Assembly (NCBI GenBank): GCA_963668025.2
Contig: CAXXTH010000017.1
Span: forward strand, 512,001-576,000
Length of the DNA stretch: 64,000 nt
Origin: Candidatus Hydrogenedentota bacterium
GTDB taxonomy: Bacteria > Hydrogenedentota > Hydrogenedentia > Hydrogenedentales > SLHB01
Reading direction: 5' to 3'
Shown here one piece after another: positions 1 to 9,700 of the stretch (the first letter of the stretch is position 1; every line of letters begins with the position of its first letter). A program made the translations under genes and the position numbers. The notes beneath the pieces were generated by a model. It had not been told where the DNA came from and searched no databases. It saw only the letters and a program-made list of their open reading frames with translations.

Positions 1-722
1 AGACCCAGCTCACGGGCGCGGACGATGAAGTATATGCGGTGGCGCAAGGCGCGGTTTCCGTGGGCGGGCTGAACGCCACAGGCGGCGGCGCAAAGGTGCG
101 TAAAAATTATGTGACCGTGGGCCGAATCCCTATGGGGGCCTATATCGAACGGGAGATCCCTTCGACCATCACGGACGGCGAGCGCATGAGCTTTCTCCTC
201 AAGAATCCCGATTTTGGCACCGCATCAAAAATCGTCACCGTCATTAATGCCGCCCTGGGTTCGGAACAAGCCAGAGCATTGGGCGCGGGCACGGTGAATG
301 TGGTCATCCCGAAAGAAAATCAAGGCGATTTGATTACATTCATCGCCCAGTTGCAGTCGTTATCCGTGGAGCCCGTTGCGCTTTCGCGCGTAGTGATCAA
401 TGAACGCACCGGTACGATTGTAGTGGGCGGCGAGGTGGCGATCCGGCCATGCCAGGTGGCCCATGGCGATTTAGTCATCGAAGTGGCCACGACGCCGGTC
501 TTCCCGGAAAGCGGCGCATTACTGCCAGACGAACGCAAAGGCGAAGTGACGGATGTGAAGGTGAAAGAGCAGCCCGCGCATTTCTTGCCGATAAGCGGCG
601 CTTCAGCAAGCGAAGTGGCCGTGGCGCTAAACAAGCTGAAAGTGACGCCGCGCGATATGATCGCCATTTTCCAAGCATTGCGCGAGGCCGGCGCTCTCGA
701 TGCAGACCTGGATATCATGTGA
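1..722 (+). CDS. flgI: Flagellar basal body P-ring protein, 5'-truncated by window edge
   Basis: Frame open from window start (TQLTGADDEVYAVAQG); FlgI motifs PDFGTA, RVVINERTGTIVVGG, LNKLKVTPRDMIAIFQALREAGAL. Confidence 0.95.
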   Translation, partial: TQLTGADDEVYAVAQGAVSVGGLNATGGGAKVRKNYVTVGRIPMGAYIEREIPSTITDGERMSFLLKNPDFGTASKIVTVINAALGSEQARALGAGTVNVVIPKENQGDLITFIAQLQSLSVEPVALSRVVINERTGTIVVGGEVAIRPCQVAHGDLVIEVATTPVFPESGALLPDERKGEVTDVKVKEQPAHFLPISGASASEVAVALNKLKVTPRDMIAIFQALREAGALDADLDIM

Positions 723-1084
723 TGCTATACGTCAATCCCATGGCTGAATCCTATACGCCCCAAGCGGGATTATCTTCTGTCGATACCCAAAAACGCCAGG
801 TGGCGGTGCGCGAGCTCGAGCAGTATTTCATTTATACCATGCTGCAAGAGATGCGCAAATCCTTGGATTCGGAAACGCTACTAGATGGCGGGCGGGAAAA
901 ACAGATGTTCGAGGGCATGCTGGATGACGCATTGAGCAAACAGATGGCGGAAACCGGCCAGCTTGGCATCGGCAAGATGATCGAGGAACAACTCAGGATC
1001 AATGAAATACAGTCAAAGCTGCAAGCAGGGAAAACAAGCGCGCAGGATGCGCGCGTGCCTGGCGGATTCAAGCTGGCTTCCTGA
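722..1084 (+). CDS. flgJ: FlgJ rod-binding domain protein (short form, no muramidase domain)
   Basis: ATG overlaps flgI stop (TGATG); ELEQYFIYTMLQEMRKS...MFEGMLDDALSKQMA...LGIGKMI matches the Rod-binding motif; position after flgI. Confidence 0.85.
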   Translation: MLYVNPMAESYTPQAGLSSVDTQKRQVAVRELEQYFIYTMLQEMRKSLDSETLLDGGREKQMFEGMLDDALSKQMAETGQLGIGKMIEEQLRINEIQSKLQAGKTSAQDARVPGGFKLAS

Positions 1085-1095
1085 TCTGCCGATAA
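1068..1095 (+). promoter_or_regulatory. Sigma28 (FliA)-type promoter
   Basis: TCAAG(1068-1072)-N15-GCCGATAA(1088-1095); exact sigma28 -10 box about 60 nt upstream of flgN. Confidence 0.75.
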
Positions 1096-1157
1096 TACGT
1101 ATGGCGCGGACAAGAACCGTTCCATACATGCAGAGCGAAGAATGAGGATACATCCGC

Positions 1158-1655
1158 ATGTCGGAGATGTTAGAACATTTATGCACGTTGCTCGAGGCGG
1201 AGCTGGCCCGGCAGGGGGAAGTGTATCAAGCATGCCTTGCCCAGCGGGCGGCGGTGGCCCGGCAGGATATCGCCCAGGTGGAGCAAAGCGCCAAGGCCAT
1301 TAACGCGCTTATACGCGCAGCCAAAGCCGCGGAACGGGAACGCCTTCACGTGGTGGGCGAAATTGTACAAACTTTTCAATTGCCGCTCGAGCAGCAGACA
1401 TTGACCGGGTTAATCCAGGCGGTTCCTGAGCCGTGGAGACACCGCCTGGCGGTGTTCCAGGCGGAGTTGCGCCGGATAGTGGCCGCCACACGGGCCCAAG
1501 CGCATGAACTGAGCCGCAGCATCCAATATGCGTTACGCGCCGCGAACGAAGCGATGGGCGCCCTTACGCCACGCATGGAACGTCCATATGACGCACGGGG
1601 CGTAAAATCGGCTCCATTGGGCTTAGCGCCCGCGCTTATCGATCAGAGAGGATAG
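1158..1655 (+). CDS. flgN: FlgN-family flagellar export chaperone
   Basis: 165 aa helical protein in flagellar context; C-terminal PYDARG motif typical of FlgN; GAGGA RBS. Confidence 0.75.
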   Translation: MSEMLEHLCTLLEAELARQGEVYQACLAQRAAVARQDIAQVEQSAKAINALIRAAKAAERERLHVVGEIVQTFQLPLEQQTLTGLIQAVPEPWRHRLAVFQAELRRIVAATRAQAHELSRSIQYALRAANEAMGALTPRMERPYDARGVKSAPLGLAPALIDQRG

Positions 1656-1657
1656 AG

Positions 1658-2572
1658 ATGAGTTACACGCGCGTATCACAAAGCATGCTGGTTAGCCAGG
1701 TCATGAGCAACCTCAACTCCCAGACCCGTAAATTGATGGATCTGCAAAACCAGCTTTCCACCGGCCAGTGCATCAATGCGCCTTCAGATGATCCAATTGG
1801 CGCACGCACCGCCCTCAACTCGCGCAAGACTATCCAAAAAAATGAACAGTATGTGAAAAACATCGCGCTTGCCGATCCGATACTAAACGATACCTCGTCC
1901 ACCCTGGATACGGTGATTAACATTTTACAACGCGCGGAAGAACTGACCGTCCAAGGCAGTACGGGCACAAACAGCCAGGATGACCTAGATTATATCGCCC
2001 TGGAGGTCAATGAGCTTGTCGAGATGATGGTGGACAGCGGCAACCATGTCACCAACGGGCGGTATATATTCGGCGGAACATGTTCGCTGGACGAGGCGTT
2101 CACGGCCACCACGGATGCTACAACAGGCGAAATCACCGCGGTCACGTACAATGGAAATAGCGAAAAAATCGAGATGCAAGTATCCGACCGCACCAGTGTG
2201 GCTATAAATGAAACAGGCGACGCCGTATTTCAAGATTCCGAAGATATCTTTCAAGTGCTCATAAACATCCGCGATAACCTGCGCTCGGGCGATCAAACGG
2301 CACTAGGTTCCAATCTCACTGATCTGGAAAATGCGCAATCGCAAGTGCTGAGCGCAACAGCCCGCGTGGGCGCCACTCAAAACCGCCTAGAAACAATGAC
2401 TAGCCAGTTGGAAGATTACATCTCCAATAGCGAAGAATTGCTGTCTCTCACCATCGATATCGACTATGCGGATGTATATGTCGATTTGAGCGCCCAAGAG
2501 AACGCCTACCAAGCCGCTCTATCCGCCGCAAGCCAAGTTCTTCAGCCCAGCCTGCTGGATTTCCTAAGCTAA
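1658..2572 (+). CDS. flgL: Flagellar hook-associated protein 3
   Basis: Flagellin-like N-terminus (QNQLSTGQCINAPSDDPIG), NGRYIFGG, C-terminal YQAALSAASQVLQPSLLDFL. Confidence 0.92.
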   Translation: MSYTRVSQSMLVSQVMSNLNSQTRKLMDLQNQLSTGQCINAPSDDPIGARTALNSRKTIQKNEQYVKNIALADPILNDTSSTLDTVINILQRAEELTVQGSTGTNSQDDLDYIALEVNELVEMMVDSGNHVTNGRYIFGGTCSLDEAFTATTDATTGEITAVTYNGNSEKIEMQVSDRTSVAINETGDAVFQDSEDIFQVLINIRDNLRSGDQTALGSNLTDLENAQSQVLSATARVGATQNRLETMTSQLEDYISNSEELLSLTIDIDYADVYVDLSAQENAYQAALSAASQVLQPSLLDFLS

Positions 2573-2624
2573 ACCGTGTTCTTTATTTAGCAATTACCAA
2601 AAGAACTCGTGGCATAAGGATAGT

Positions 2625-4030
2625 TCAATTGTTTACCTCTGCTTCTTCGGACATCTCGCTCAGAAGGCCATTAACATCCTCTAGCTCAAGCTGGCGCTTT
2701 ATCCAAGCCTCCTTGAGTGAAGGATCCTTTGCAAATGCTTTTTCGATGGCAAGTGTTTCATAATATTCTCTAGCTTTGGCGGTCATGGTCCATTCTGCTT
2801 CCAACCCAAGATCTTCAACTTCTTGGCGTATGTGAGTGATATCCGCTCTAAAAAATTCCTTTCTGTGATTCACTTTATTCATTTGCATAAATAAGAAATG
2901 CTTATGCAGTTGACTCTCTAGCGACGGTGCGTCCTCGCTAAAAATCAGGGCATGAACATCGAACTCAAATGGAACACTAGAATCTCCAAGTTCTCGTATG
3001 CGATCTATGGGATCGAGACGGCGGGTTAGGCCAATTTTATATATATTTTCTCCAAATGAGCCGACATTCGAAATTATATATACATGGCCTCTTTTGGTTT
3101 GCTGCGCCATCGAAAGGGCGCGCTTATTTCTTTCTTCCGCTTCCTTTAATCTCTCGCTTAATTCCTGCAATTGCATTTCATATTTGACCCGTTGTTCATC
3201 TGTGGCCTTTTCCATTTGCTGCTTGGCCTTCTCCATTGCTTTTCGCAGCATGTCCTCTTGCTTGGCGGCTTCCTTTATAGCGCGTTCGTAATCCCGGCGC
3301 GCCTTTTCTTCTTCACGTAGCTGCTCTTTGATGCGCCGTTGCTCTTCCCGCTCTTCTAGCCTTAACTGATGGACCACAGACGCCCACCTAAGCTCATTTA
3401 ACCGTGCCTGCAAATAAGCTTCTGTTATGCGTGCATCACGAAATGCTTTTCCATTGTAATTCACCAACGTAAAAGCATCGTTGACTTCTTGCATCAAGGT
3501 GCCTGCATTGTCGCTTTTCACTCTTGAAAGTATGGTATCGACTTTTCCATTAAAAGCGTCTATAACGAAATTCACGGCCGTTTCACGCCTGTTTGTTTCA
3601 ACATAATCGCAGGTGGCGGCAGTATTATTTCGGATCATGGCTTTTGTGAGTTCTCTTGCTGTTCTTAGTTCCCGACCGGCGTTGGTGTGACCGAATTCCA
3701 CGGCCAATTCATCCAGCAGGCTATAACTCGGCATAAGGTATTGGTCACCATATCCCTCTATGACGTTTTTCATTGCTTTGGCAGTACGCTCATGTAGTGC
3801 CATGTTTTTCAAAGCGTCATATGCGCTTCCTGCTATTTCTTTCGCTTTCTTTTCGGATTTCTCAAGGATCGAAGCAGTTTGCATAGCGGCTGAATCCAAA
3901 ACAGCTTGAGCCTCGCTTCTTAGGTTATTCGCTTTTTCTTTGGCTTCTGATGCGGTTGAAATAGCTTGAGCGTTTGCCTCGGCAACTAATGCTTCTGCCT
4001 GTTTTGTCGCATTGGCGATTAACTGTGAAG
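2625..4030 (-). pseudogene. DUF4041 + T5orf172/MUG113 (GIY-YIG-like) nuclease, PD-Lambda-1/SNIPE-like; 5' end replaced by IS
   Basis: Coiled coil plus AFNGKVD...YLQARLNELR...EEREEQRRIKEQLREEEKA (DUF4041) and GHVYIISNVGSFGENIYKIGLTRRLDP..RIRELGDSSVPFEFDVHA...KEFF; the ORF-track N-terminus is antisense IS sequence; AT-richer than neighbours. Confidence 0.8.
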
Positions 4031-5400
4031 GGGTGTTCCCGCAGAATGCTAAAGAAATCCTCGTGTCGGGTCGATAAGTATGCCGGACCCTTAACGGAGG
4101 AAGACCGATGGCAGCGATGGTGACAAGGCGCGACGGCGACACGTTCGAGGTGAGTTTCTCGCTGAGGCTGCGTGGTTCGATGCTCGATATGGAGGAGGCG
4201 GTCCAGGAGGCCCTGAACGGGGTGGGGCGCGCAGTCATGGCCGAGGCCCTGGCCCGTTTCGACACAGACGGCTCGCCCATCCGCGTCGGCGCCACCACCT
4301 TCAAAACCAAGGGGCGCTTCGGCCAGACCTACGAGACGCCCCACGGCCCGGTCCGCGTCGAGCGGCACGTCTACCAGAACACCGCCACGGGCGGGCGCAC
4401 CTTCTGCCCGCTGGAGCGGGACGCGCGAATGGTCATGAACGCCACGCCGCGCTACGCCCGGATCGTCAGCGGAAAATACTCCCGCATGGGCGCCGATGTC
4501 ATGCGCCGCGACCTGCTCGAGTCGACAGGCCGCGCAATCTCGCGCGACTATGTGAAGAAGATCGGCGATTTTGTGGGCGCCCTGGCGCAGGCCAGGGAGG
4601 AGACGTGGGAGTACGAGCTGCCGGAATTGGACAGGCCGGTCGCGTCGGTGGCCGTGGGCCTGGACGGCACCTGCATGCTGCTCAGGGAGGACGGCTGGCG
4701 TCAGGCGATGTGCGGGTCCATCAGCCTGTACGACAAGGACGGGGAGCGGCTGCACACGATCTACGCGGGCGCATCGCCCGAGTACGGCAAGCAGACTTTC
4801 CTCGAGCGCTTCGGCCGCGAGGTGGAGCGCGTGAGGGCGAGGCACCCGGCGGCGCTGTATATCGGCCTGGCCGACGGCGCGCCGGACAACTGGAAGTTTT
4901 TGACGCCGCGCACGGACCGGCAGATGCTGGATTTCTATCACGCGCGGGAATACGTGGGGAAGGCGGCGGAGGCGATTCACGGTCATGGCGCGCGCCGCCG
5001 GGAGTGGGAGGCGGACTGGAGTCACCGGCTGAAGCACACGAGGGGCGCAGCCGGACGCTTGCTGGAGGAGATGAAGGCGAGCTTGCCAAGCGTGCGCGCC
5101 CAGGCTTGCCGCGAGGAACTCGGCAAGGCGATCACCTACTTCGGCAATCACCGCTCGAAGATGCAATACTGGCGGCACACGGCGGAGCGCCTTCCCATCG
5201 GCAGCGGAGTGACGGAGGCGGCGTGCAAGACGCTGATCAAGCAACGCCTGGCATGCTCCGGGATGCGGTGGAAGGAAGCGGGCGCGAGCGCGGTGATCGC
5301 GCTCAGGTCGCTGGAGATGACCGAGGGCCGTTGGGACCAGTTCTGGCAACACGTGGCCCGCCACGGGGTCAATTGAGGTTATCATATTGAGGGAGCACCC
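4031..5400 (+). mobile_element. ISKra4-family insertion sequence (1370 bp)
   Basis: Imperfect terminal IRs GGGTGTTCCCGCAGAATG (4031) and GGGTGCTCCCTCAATATG (reverse complement ending 5400); abrupt GC increase; single transposase; no flanking direct repeat. Confidence 0.85.
4108..5376 (+). CDS. ISKra4-family DDE transposase
   Basis: FDTDGSPI, ERHVYQ, CPLE, GLDGTC, LADGAPDNW, LDFYHA, PIGSGVTEAACK, GMRW motifs; GGAGG RBS. Confidence 0.9.
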   Translation: MAAMVTRRDGDTFEVSFSLRLRGSMLDMEEAVQEALNGVGRAVMAEALARFDTDGSPIRVGATTFKTKGRFGQTYETPHGPVRVERHVYQNTATGGRTFCPLERDARMVMNATPRYARIVSGKYSRMGADVMRRDLLESTGRAISRDYVKKIGDFVGALAQAREETWEYELPELDRPVASVAVGLDGTCMLLREDGWRQAMCGSISLYDKDGERLHTIYAGASPEYGKQTFLERFGREVERVRARHPAALYIGLADGAPDNWKFLTPRTDRQMLDFYHAREYVGKAAEAIHGHGARRREWEADWSHRLKHTRGAAGRLLEEMKASLPSVRAQACREELGKAITYFGNHRSKMQYWRHTAERLPIGSGVTEAACKTLIKQRLACSGMRWKEAGASAVIALRSLEMTEGRWDQFWQHVARHGVN

Positions 5401-5407
5401 GTTGGGA

Positions 5408-5567
5408 GTTAGGGTGGGATTTGCCCAAGCGCTCATGGATACGCCTATATAGTCCAGAACTTAACTATTTGATATGAAATGGTTTATCAGGGAAATCCCT
5501 GCAAGAAAACAATGTTTTGCCAGATAGTACGAAAATCTTGTCCATCATGTAAATCATGTCCAAAAAA
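5408..5567. repeat. Composite dispersed repeat: REP-like module A (+, 5408-5476) and 9-mer module B (-, 5534-5567)
   Basis: 5408-5476 aligns with 25081-25149; 5534-5560 is identical (27 nt) to 46686-46712. Confidence 0.85.
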
Positions 5568-5822
5568 GCTACCCCTGTTTGAGGCGGATGGATGGTCATT
5601 TGATGCTACTATCTTCTCCAGAAGTGCGATGATCTTTTCCTGGTTTTCCAGGCTCTTGCGGCTGATGGCCAAGCTTTCATCCACTGTTTGCATGGCTTGT
5701 TGCTGCCGTTGTATCGATTCTTGTTGCATCTGGAGATATTTTCTCTGCCGAGCCGCTGAAAGTATCAAGATTGCGATGCCAACAGTACACATAGTCACAA
5801 CAAAGAGGGTGCGGTAATCCAT
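5487..5822 (-). CDS. Small membrane-anchored coiled-coil protein
   Basis: N-terminal hydrophobic helix (TLFVVTMCTVGIAILILSAA) then Q-rich coiled coil; AAAGGGA RBS; C-terminus reads into repeat module B. Confidence 0.6.
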   Translation of the reverse strand: MDYRTLFVVTMCTVGIAILILSAARQRKYLQMQQESIQRQQQAMQTVDESLAISRKSLENQEKIIALLEKIVASNDHPSASNRGSFFGHDLHDGQDFRTIWQNIVFLQGFP

Positions 5823-5834
5823 TTTTTATCCCTT

Positions 5835-6722
5835 TCAAGTTACTGCCAGATGACTATCCGCTGATTCGCATTCCCACTTGGCGCGTTTCACGTGGCGGGT
5901 GATGGCGAACCGTTGCGGGAACACCTCGATCCGGCTGAATTCCCCGTGCGTGCCCGCTGATGGGCGTTTATATAAAAACGCCCCCGTGGTCAAATGACTG
6001 ATGTTCGGATAAACAGGGTCTTGCATGTAGCTAAAGCGATGGACATGGCCGGCCAAGTAGAGGATGTGTTTGCTGCTGTCTCCTAGTACGGTGCGCAATG
6101 CGTCCGCGCCCGCCAAGCGGCGCGTCCAGGCGCTATGATAGCTGGCGGTGTCATGCAAGGCGGGATAATGGCCGGCAACGAGCACGGCCGGGCCACAATC
6201 TTGCAGCAAGGAGCCAAGCTGTTCAAGAGCCATTTCTTGTATGCGGCCCCGCGAGGTGAGCCAATTGGGGGTTACGGTGGGGATGAACAGCAGCGGCGTG
6301 CCGCCGGGCAGCGTGATGCGCGCGGGCAGCGCCGTCGCAGGTGAAAAGGAACCGAGATACGCCTCGAATCGGTGCCTCCGGCAGGATTCAAAGGTGTATG
6401 CATCATGGTTGCCGGACAGAATGTGGATATCCAGGCCGAGCCCTTGCAACCGTTCGAGAAAGGCGCGCGCCAAGGCGAATTCCTCGTCCGTGGCGGTGCA
6501 GGTGAAGTCGCCGGTAATGAGGATGGTGCGCACGCCCGTGGCCGCCAAGACTTCGGTATATGGTTCCGCCTGCTCCATGAGGATATGCCTACCGCGCCGC
6601 AGCACGGCGTTGAGGTTGCCTAAGAACCGTTTGTTAAGCAGCCGCAAGGGATTCCATACCGCCCGCCAGAAATGGATATCCGTTATATGGAGCGCGGCGT
6701 CTATCAGCAGGGAGTGCTCCAT
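5835..6722 (-). CDS. Calcineurin-like metallophosphoesterase
   Basis: HITDIH, ITGDFT, SGNHD, AGHYP, LAGHVH motifs. Confidence 0.9.
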   Translation of the reverse strand: MEHSLLIDAALHITDIHFWRAVWNPLRLLNKRFLGNLNAVLRRGRHILMEQAEPYTEVLAATGVRTILITGDFTCTATDEEFALARAFLERLQGLGLDIHILSGNHDAYTFESCRRHRFEAYLGSFSPATALPARITLPGGTPLLFIPTVTPNWLTSRGRIQEMALEQLGSLLQDCGPAVLVAGHYPALHDTASYHSAWTRRLAGADALRTVLGDSSKHILYLAGHVHRFSYMQDPVYPNISHLTTGAFLYKRPSAGTHGEFSRIEVFPQRFAITRHVKRAKWECESADSHLAVT

Positions 6723-6725
6723 GGC

Positions 6726-9700
6726 TTATTCACCCAGCACTTCACGTAATTTATTAATAAGCTGGGCGGTCTGATACGGTTTTTGAATAAACCCGGCAAG
6801 GCCTTTTCCGGCAAAGCGATCGGAGATTTCCTGTTCATTGTAGCCGCTGGTGAGAATCACCGGGATGCCCTCCTGGCGGTGGCGAAGCTCGCGGAACGTC
6901 TCTTCGCCATCCATGTGCGGCATGGTGAGATCCAGTAATACGCACGAGATCTCGGGACCTCGCTGCTGGCACAGGACAAGGGCTTCCCGCCCGTCCGAAG
7001 CCGTAAGCACTTCAAATCCGATGCGCTCCAACATGCGTTTGCCCACGGCCCGCACGCTTTCCTCGTCGTCCACCAAGAGCACAACGCCGTTGCCCCTCCA
7101 GGTGCGGGCGTTTGCCTGTTCACGCCGGGACATGTCGATGGGCTTGTCGGCGGCGGGCAAGAGCACCTTGATGGTAGTGCCTTTGCCAGGCTCGCTATAG
7201 ACCTTGATGGCCCCACGATGGCCCCGCACGATGCCAAGCACCGCCGCGAGGCCAAGGCCGCGCCCGGTGAATTTGGTGGTGAAAAAGGGATCAAAGATCC
7301 GCTGCCGCGTCTCCGCGTCCATGCCGCATCCGCTGTCGGCCACTTCGAAATACACGTAGAACGCTGGCGGCAATTGTTCGTCGAGAAAAGTCTCGCGCAA
7401 ATAGGTTTCATCACATTCGATGGCCCCGGTATTAACGGAGATCACCCCGCTTTTATCTCCCACGGCGTCGGAGGCGTTTGTAATCAGATTCATGATGATC
7501 TGGCGGATTTGGGTCGGGTCCGCCTCGATAGGCGGGAGGTTGTCCGCGAAGTAGTATTTCAACACCGCCTTCTTCGATATGGATACTTCGAGCAGATGAG
7601 CCATTTCTTCTACGAGTTCATTGATATGGAGCACTTGGACTTCAAAGCGCCCTTTGCCCGAATAAGCGAGCATCTGTTTGCATAACTCCGCCGCCCGCCG
7701 CGCCGCCCGTTCGATATCCCGCACATTATCCCGGGCGGGAGACACCGGCGACAGATCGAGCAAGGCCAGATCGGCATTGCCCAAGATGCTCATCAGCAGA
7801 TTATTAAAATCGTGCGCAATGCCTCCCGCGAGCACGCCCAAACTCTCCAGCTTTTGCGCATTGAGTATTTGAGCCTCGAGGCGGCGCTGTTCTTCCTCGG
7901 CGCGAACCCGGTCTGTAATGACTTCGACAAATAGGATGATCCCATCTATGTGGCCAGTCACGCACCGCCACGGATGAATTTCCCATTTGAGCCAATCCGC
8001 CGCGCCGCTGGCGCGTGTGTACATGCTCCGTTCCGAGCGTTCCGGAATCCCCGACAGGCCGCGGGCGCACGCCTCAATCCAATTCTCGGGCAAGAATCCG
8101 CCGAAGACTTCATGGAAACAACGCCCGATAATGGAATCCGCGCCGGAATGAAAATATTGGACCCATCGCTGGCTGGTGACGAGATAATTCATTTCACGGT
8201 CAAGCATGGCTACGGCAAGCGGCGCATGTTCGATAATGAGGCGGAGTTTTTCTTCGCTTTCCCGCAATGCTTCTTCGGCTCGTTTGGCTTGGGTGACCTC
8301 GAGGTCAATGCCCACCAAGCCGGTAATCGCGCCGCCGTTTTCCCGTAACGCGACGCGCGACGCGAGGTACCAGCGTTCATTGCCCCCATTTGTTTGGACA
8401 CATATAGGCTGGTCCAATATGTTGCGGCCGCTCCGGAGCACATCGGCATCGCTCACCAATGGATGGGCAAGCCGGCGCCGGACCGGCAAATCGTCTTCCC
8501 GATTGCCGAAAAGGCGCTGAGGTTCCACCCCAAGCTCTTGGATGAGGCACTCATTTGCGGTGACGAAGCGCTGCTGCAAGTCTTTTGCGAAGATGGGGCA
8601 CGGGATGCTGTCAATAATCGTCCGCAGTAGATTGCGTTCATGGGCTATGGCCTCTTCCGCCCGTTTGCGCTCTTCGATTTCGTGGGCGAGGGAGGCGTTG
8701 GCGAGGGATAATTCCGCCGTGCGGACCAAGACATTGCGCTCTAATTCTTCACGAACCGAGCTCAAAGTGTTCTCGGCTTCTTTGCGCGCCGTGATATCGT
8801 TACCCACCGAGAAAACCTCGGAAACGTTGCCCTCTTGATCAAAGAGCGGCTTATTGGTCCACGCCACCCATACCCGTTCGCCGCCACGGCGGATATTTTC
8901 ATTCTCATTATTGGCGTATTGTTCCGGGTGGCAGGGTATGTCGCCGATATGAGCTTTCAGATCTCGGCCGCTGGACTCCGTCTCGGGGACAATGGTTCCC
9001 ACGAGGGGGCGCCCTATGATTTCGTGTTCTTCATAGCCAAAGAATTCGAGGGCGAACCGGTTCAGGAATGTGATGCGCCCGTCCGCCGTCCATCGCAGAA
9101 TGATGCTATTGGTGCATTGCACCAGATCCCGGTATCGGGCCTCACTTTCGGCGAGAACATCTTTCGCATGGGCGCGCTCTTCGGTCATGGAAGCCAGCAC
9201 CAAAAACGAAGCGCCTGATATGGCCAGAAAGATCTGGAGGGCATGCATATTTTGGCTGATGTCGGCGGCCATATAGAAGCCCTGGCCCGACAAAGCTTCC
9301 CGGGTGGTGATCAGCGCAAGGACCGCCGTGGCCGTGGCCGCGCCCCGAGGCCCGAAGCGGATGGCCGCCCAGAGCATCATCGGGAGAGGCGCATATAAAA
9401 GAGAAGGATACCGGCTGGAATCCTCATCGGATTTGCAAAACACCAACACTCCCACTAGCGCCAGTGATGCCGCCAGGATAAGCGCTTCCATGTATCGAGG
9501 ATGCTTCAGGCGAGGCACGGGCAGCCGCATCCAGGCCAGAATGCACGGCGTGAGCGCCAGATGGGCTAGGGAGTCTCCCATAAACCAGGCCGTCCAGGCT
9601 TCCCAATATCCGGCCCTTGCGTTGCATGCCGCTACAGCGCCGGGAAAAGCTGCAAGCATCGGGGCCGCAAGCGCCGCAACTAGAATATACCAGGTGGTTT

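Noticed and set aside
449-721. Upstream extension of ORF 449..1084
   Set aside because: Overlaps flgI out of frame; FlgJ similarity begins at ATG 722.
4031-4310. N-terminal ~93 aa of ORF 2625..4310
   Set aside because: It is the antisense of the IS left end and transposase start, not part of the native nuclease.
3925-5436. 503 aa minus-strand ORF
   Set aside because: Antisense shadow of the GC-rich transposase; no recognisable motifs.
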